NCBI RefSeq assembly: GCF_009914755.1
Contig: NC_060927.1
Length of the DNA: 64,000 nucleotides
Reading direction: 5' to 3' (one strand)
Origin: the human T2T-CHM13v2.0 reference genome, Homo sapiens
In this document: in pieces, positions 62,061 through 64,000 of the stretch
Layout: the number at the start of each line of letters is the position of its first letter
Numbering within the stretch: the stretch's first letter is position 1
Notes under the pieces: model-generated
Told to the model about the DNA's origin: nothing
Seen by the model: the letters and a program-made list of their open reading frames with translations, nothing else
Databases searched by the model: none
Translations under genes and position numbers: made by a program

Positions 62061-64000
62061 TTTTAATTTTAAATTTTTGTGGGGATAGTCGGTATATATG
62101 TTTATGGGTTATGTGAGATATTTTGATACAGGCACACAATAATCACATCAAGCTAAATGGGGTGTCCATCACCTTATGCATTTATCCTTTGTGTTACAAA
62201 CAATTCAATTGTACTCTTTTAGTCATTTAAAAATATATAATTAAATTATATTTGACTGTAATCACCCTGTGTGCTATCAAATACTAGGTCTTATTCATTC
62301 TTACTGTTTTTTTTGTATCCATTAGCCCTCCCCACTCCACACTACCCTTCCCAGCCTCTGGTAACCATCTGCTCTCCATCTCCATGAGTTTAATTGTTTT
62401 AATTTTTAGCTCTGATAAATTAGAACATAAGAAGTTTGCCTTTCTGTGTCTGGCTTATTTCACTTAACATAATGATCTCCAGTTTCATTCATGTTGTTGC
62501 AAATGACAGGATCTCATTCTCTTTTTATGGCTGACTAGTACTCCATTACGTGTATGTACCACACTTTCTTCATCCATTTATCTGTTGTTGATTGACACTT
62601 AGATTGCTTCCAACTCTTGGCCATTATGAGTGGTGCTGCCCTAAACATGGGAGTGCAGATATCTCTTCATTATACTGATTTCTGTTCTTTCAGGTATATA
62701 CCTACGTGTGGAATTGCTGGATCGTATAGTAGCTCTATCTTTATTTTTTTGAGGAACCCCCAAACTGTTCTCCATAGTGGTTGTGCTAATTGACATTCCC
62801 ACCAACAGTTAGGAGGGTTTCCTTTTCTCCACATCCTCACCAGCATTTGTTGTTGCCTGTCTTTTGGACAAAAGCCATTTTAACTGGGTGAGATGATATC
62901 ACCTTGTAGTTTTAATTTGCATTTCTCTGACTATCAGTGATGTTGGGCACCTTTTCATATACCTATTTGCCATTTGTATGTCTTTTTTTGAGAAGAATGA
63001 GCTTGAAAGATCACTCAATCAGATTATTAGATTTTTTTTCCTGCAGAGTTGTTTGAACTCCTTATATATTCTCGTCTGGTCAAATGGGTAGTTTGCAAAT
63101 ATTTTCTCCCATTCTGTGGGTTGTCTCTTCACTTTGTTGATTGTTTCCTTTGCTGTGCAGAAGCTTTTTAACTTGATGTGATCTGATTTGTCCATTTTTG
63201 TTTTGGTTGCCTGTGCTTGTGGGGTATTACTCAAGAAATCTTTGCCCACTCCAACGTCCTGGAGAGTTTCCCCTAATGTTTTCTATTAGTAGTTAATAGT
63301 TTGTGGCCTGAGATTTAAGTCTTCAATCCATTTTGATTTTATTTTTGTGTATGGTGAGAGATAGGGGTCCTTCTGCATATGGTTATCCAGTTTTCCCAGC
63401 ACCATTTATTGAAAAGATTGTTCTTTCCCCATTGTATGTTCTTGGCACCTTTGTCATAAATGGGTTCATTGTAGACGTATAGATTTATTTTGGGGCTCTG
63501 TATTGTGTTTCACTGGTCTACATATCTGTTTTTATGCCAGTACCATGCTGTTTTGGTTACTATAGCTCTGTTGTATAATTTGAACTCAGGTAAGATGATT
63601 CCTCTAGTTTTATTATTTTTATTTATGATAGCTTTGGGTATTCTAGGTCTTTTGTGGTTCCATATAAACTTTAGGAATGATTTTTCTATTTCTGTGAAGA
63701 TTGCCATTGGTATTTTGATAGCGATTGCATTAAATCTGTAGATTGCTTTGGGTAGTACAGACATTTTAACAATATTTATTCTTCCAATCCATGAACATGG
63801 AATAGCTTTCCATTTTCTGATGTCATCTTCAGTTTTTTGCATCAGTGTTTTATAGTTTTCATTGTAGAAATCTTTCATTTCTTTAATTCCTGACTATTTT
63901 AAATGGAATTACTTTCTTAGTTTCTTGTTCAGACTGTCCACTGTTGGCATATAGAAATGCTACTGATTTTTATATGTTGATTTTTGTATCCTGCAACCTT
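62060..64000 (-). mobile_element. L1MA-like element (3' UTR and ORF2), runs off the window
   Basis: Minus-strand ORFs 63019..63249 and 63510..63878 translate to L1 ORF2 peptides ([26 protein letters not shown]). Confidence 0.92.

Noticed and set aside
63019-63878. ORFs with reverse-transcriptase-region peptides
   Set aside because: Broken L1 ORF2 remnants, not an active element or a domesticated gene.

Overview
This is primate, almost certainly human, genomic DNA, rich in Alu, L1, MIR, L2, MaLR/ERVL LTRs and MER DNA transposons. From the reconstructed proteins I recognise the CCDC174 / C3orf20 locus (human chr3p25.1, from memory). Bases 1-21.8 kb are repeat-rich intergenic sequence. A CpG-island promoter (~21.84-22.78 kb) drives CCDC174 on the + strand: 11 GT-AG coding exons from 22259 to 41607 splice in phase to 1404 nt (467 aa), with AATAAA at 43047. 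C3orf20 (+) starts about 2.5 kb further on, with non-coding exon(s) at ~45.6 kb and ~52.7 kb and three coding exons (53140-53623, 54668-54808, 60438-60557); it continues past the window. Almost all other listed ORFs are chance or repeat-derived. I see no convincing new protein-coding system. The most unusual signals are non-coding: (1) a phased ~44-bp array of GC-box/YY1 motifs upstream of CCDC174; (2) a run of acceptor-like (Py)n-CAG-GACCC units at the start of intron 1; (3) an inverted pair of old MLT1 LTR segments that look more alike than their age predicts; (4) a CpG-rich Alu whose poly(A) tail is replaced by tandem GC boxes; (5) alternative splice donors that would create NMD isoforms. 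Repeat subfamily names and boundaries were judged by eye and are approximate.
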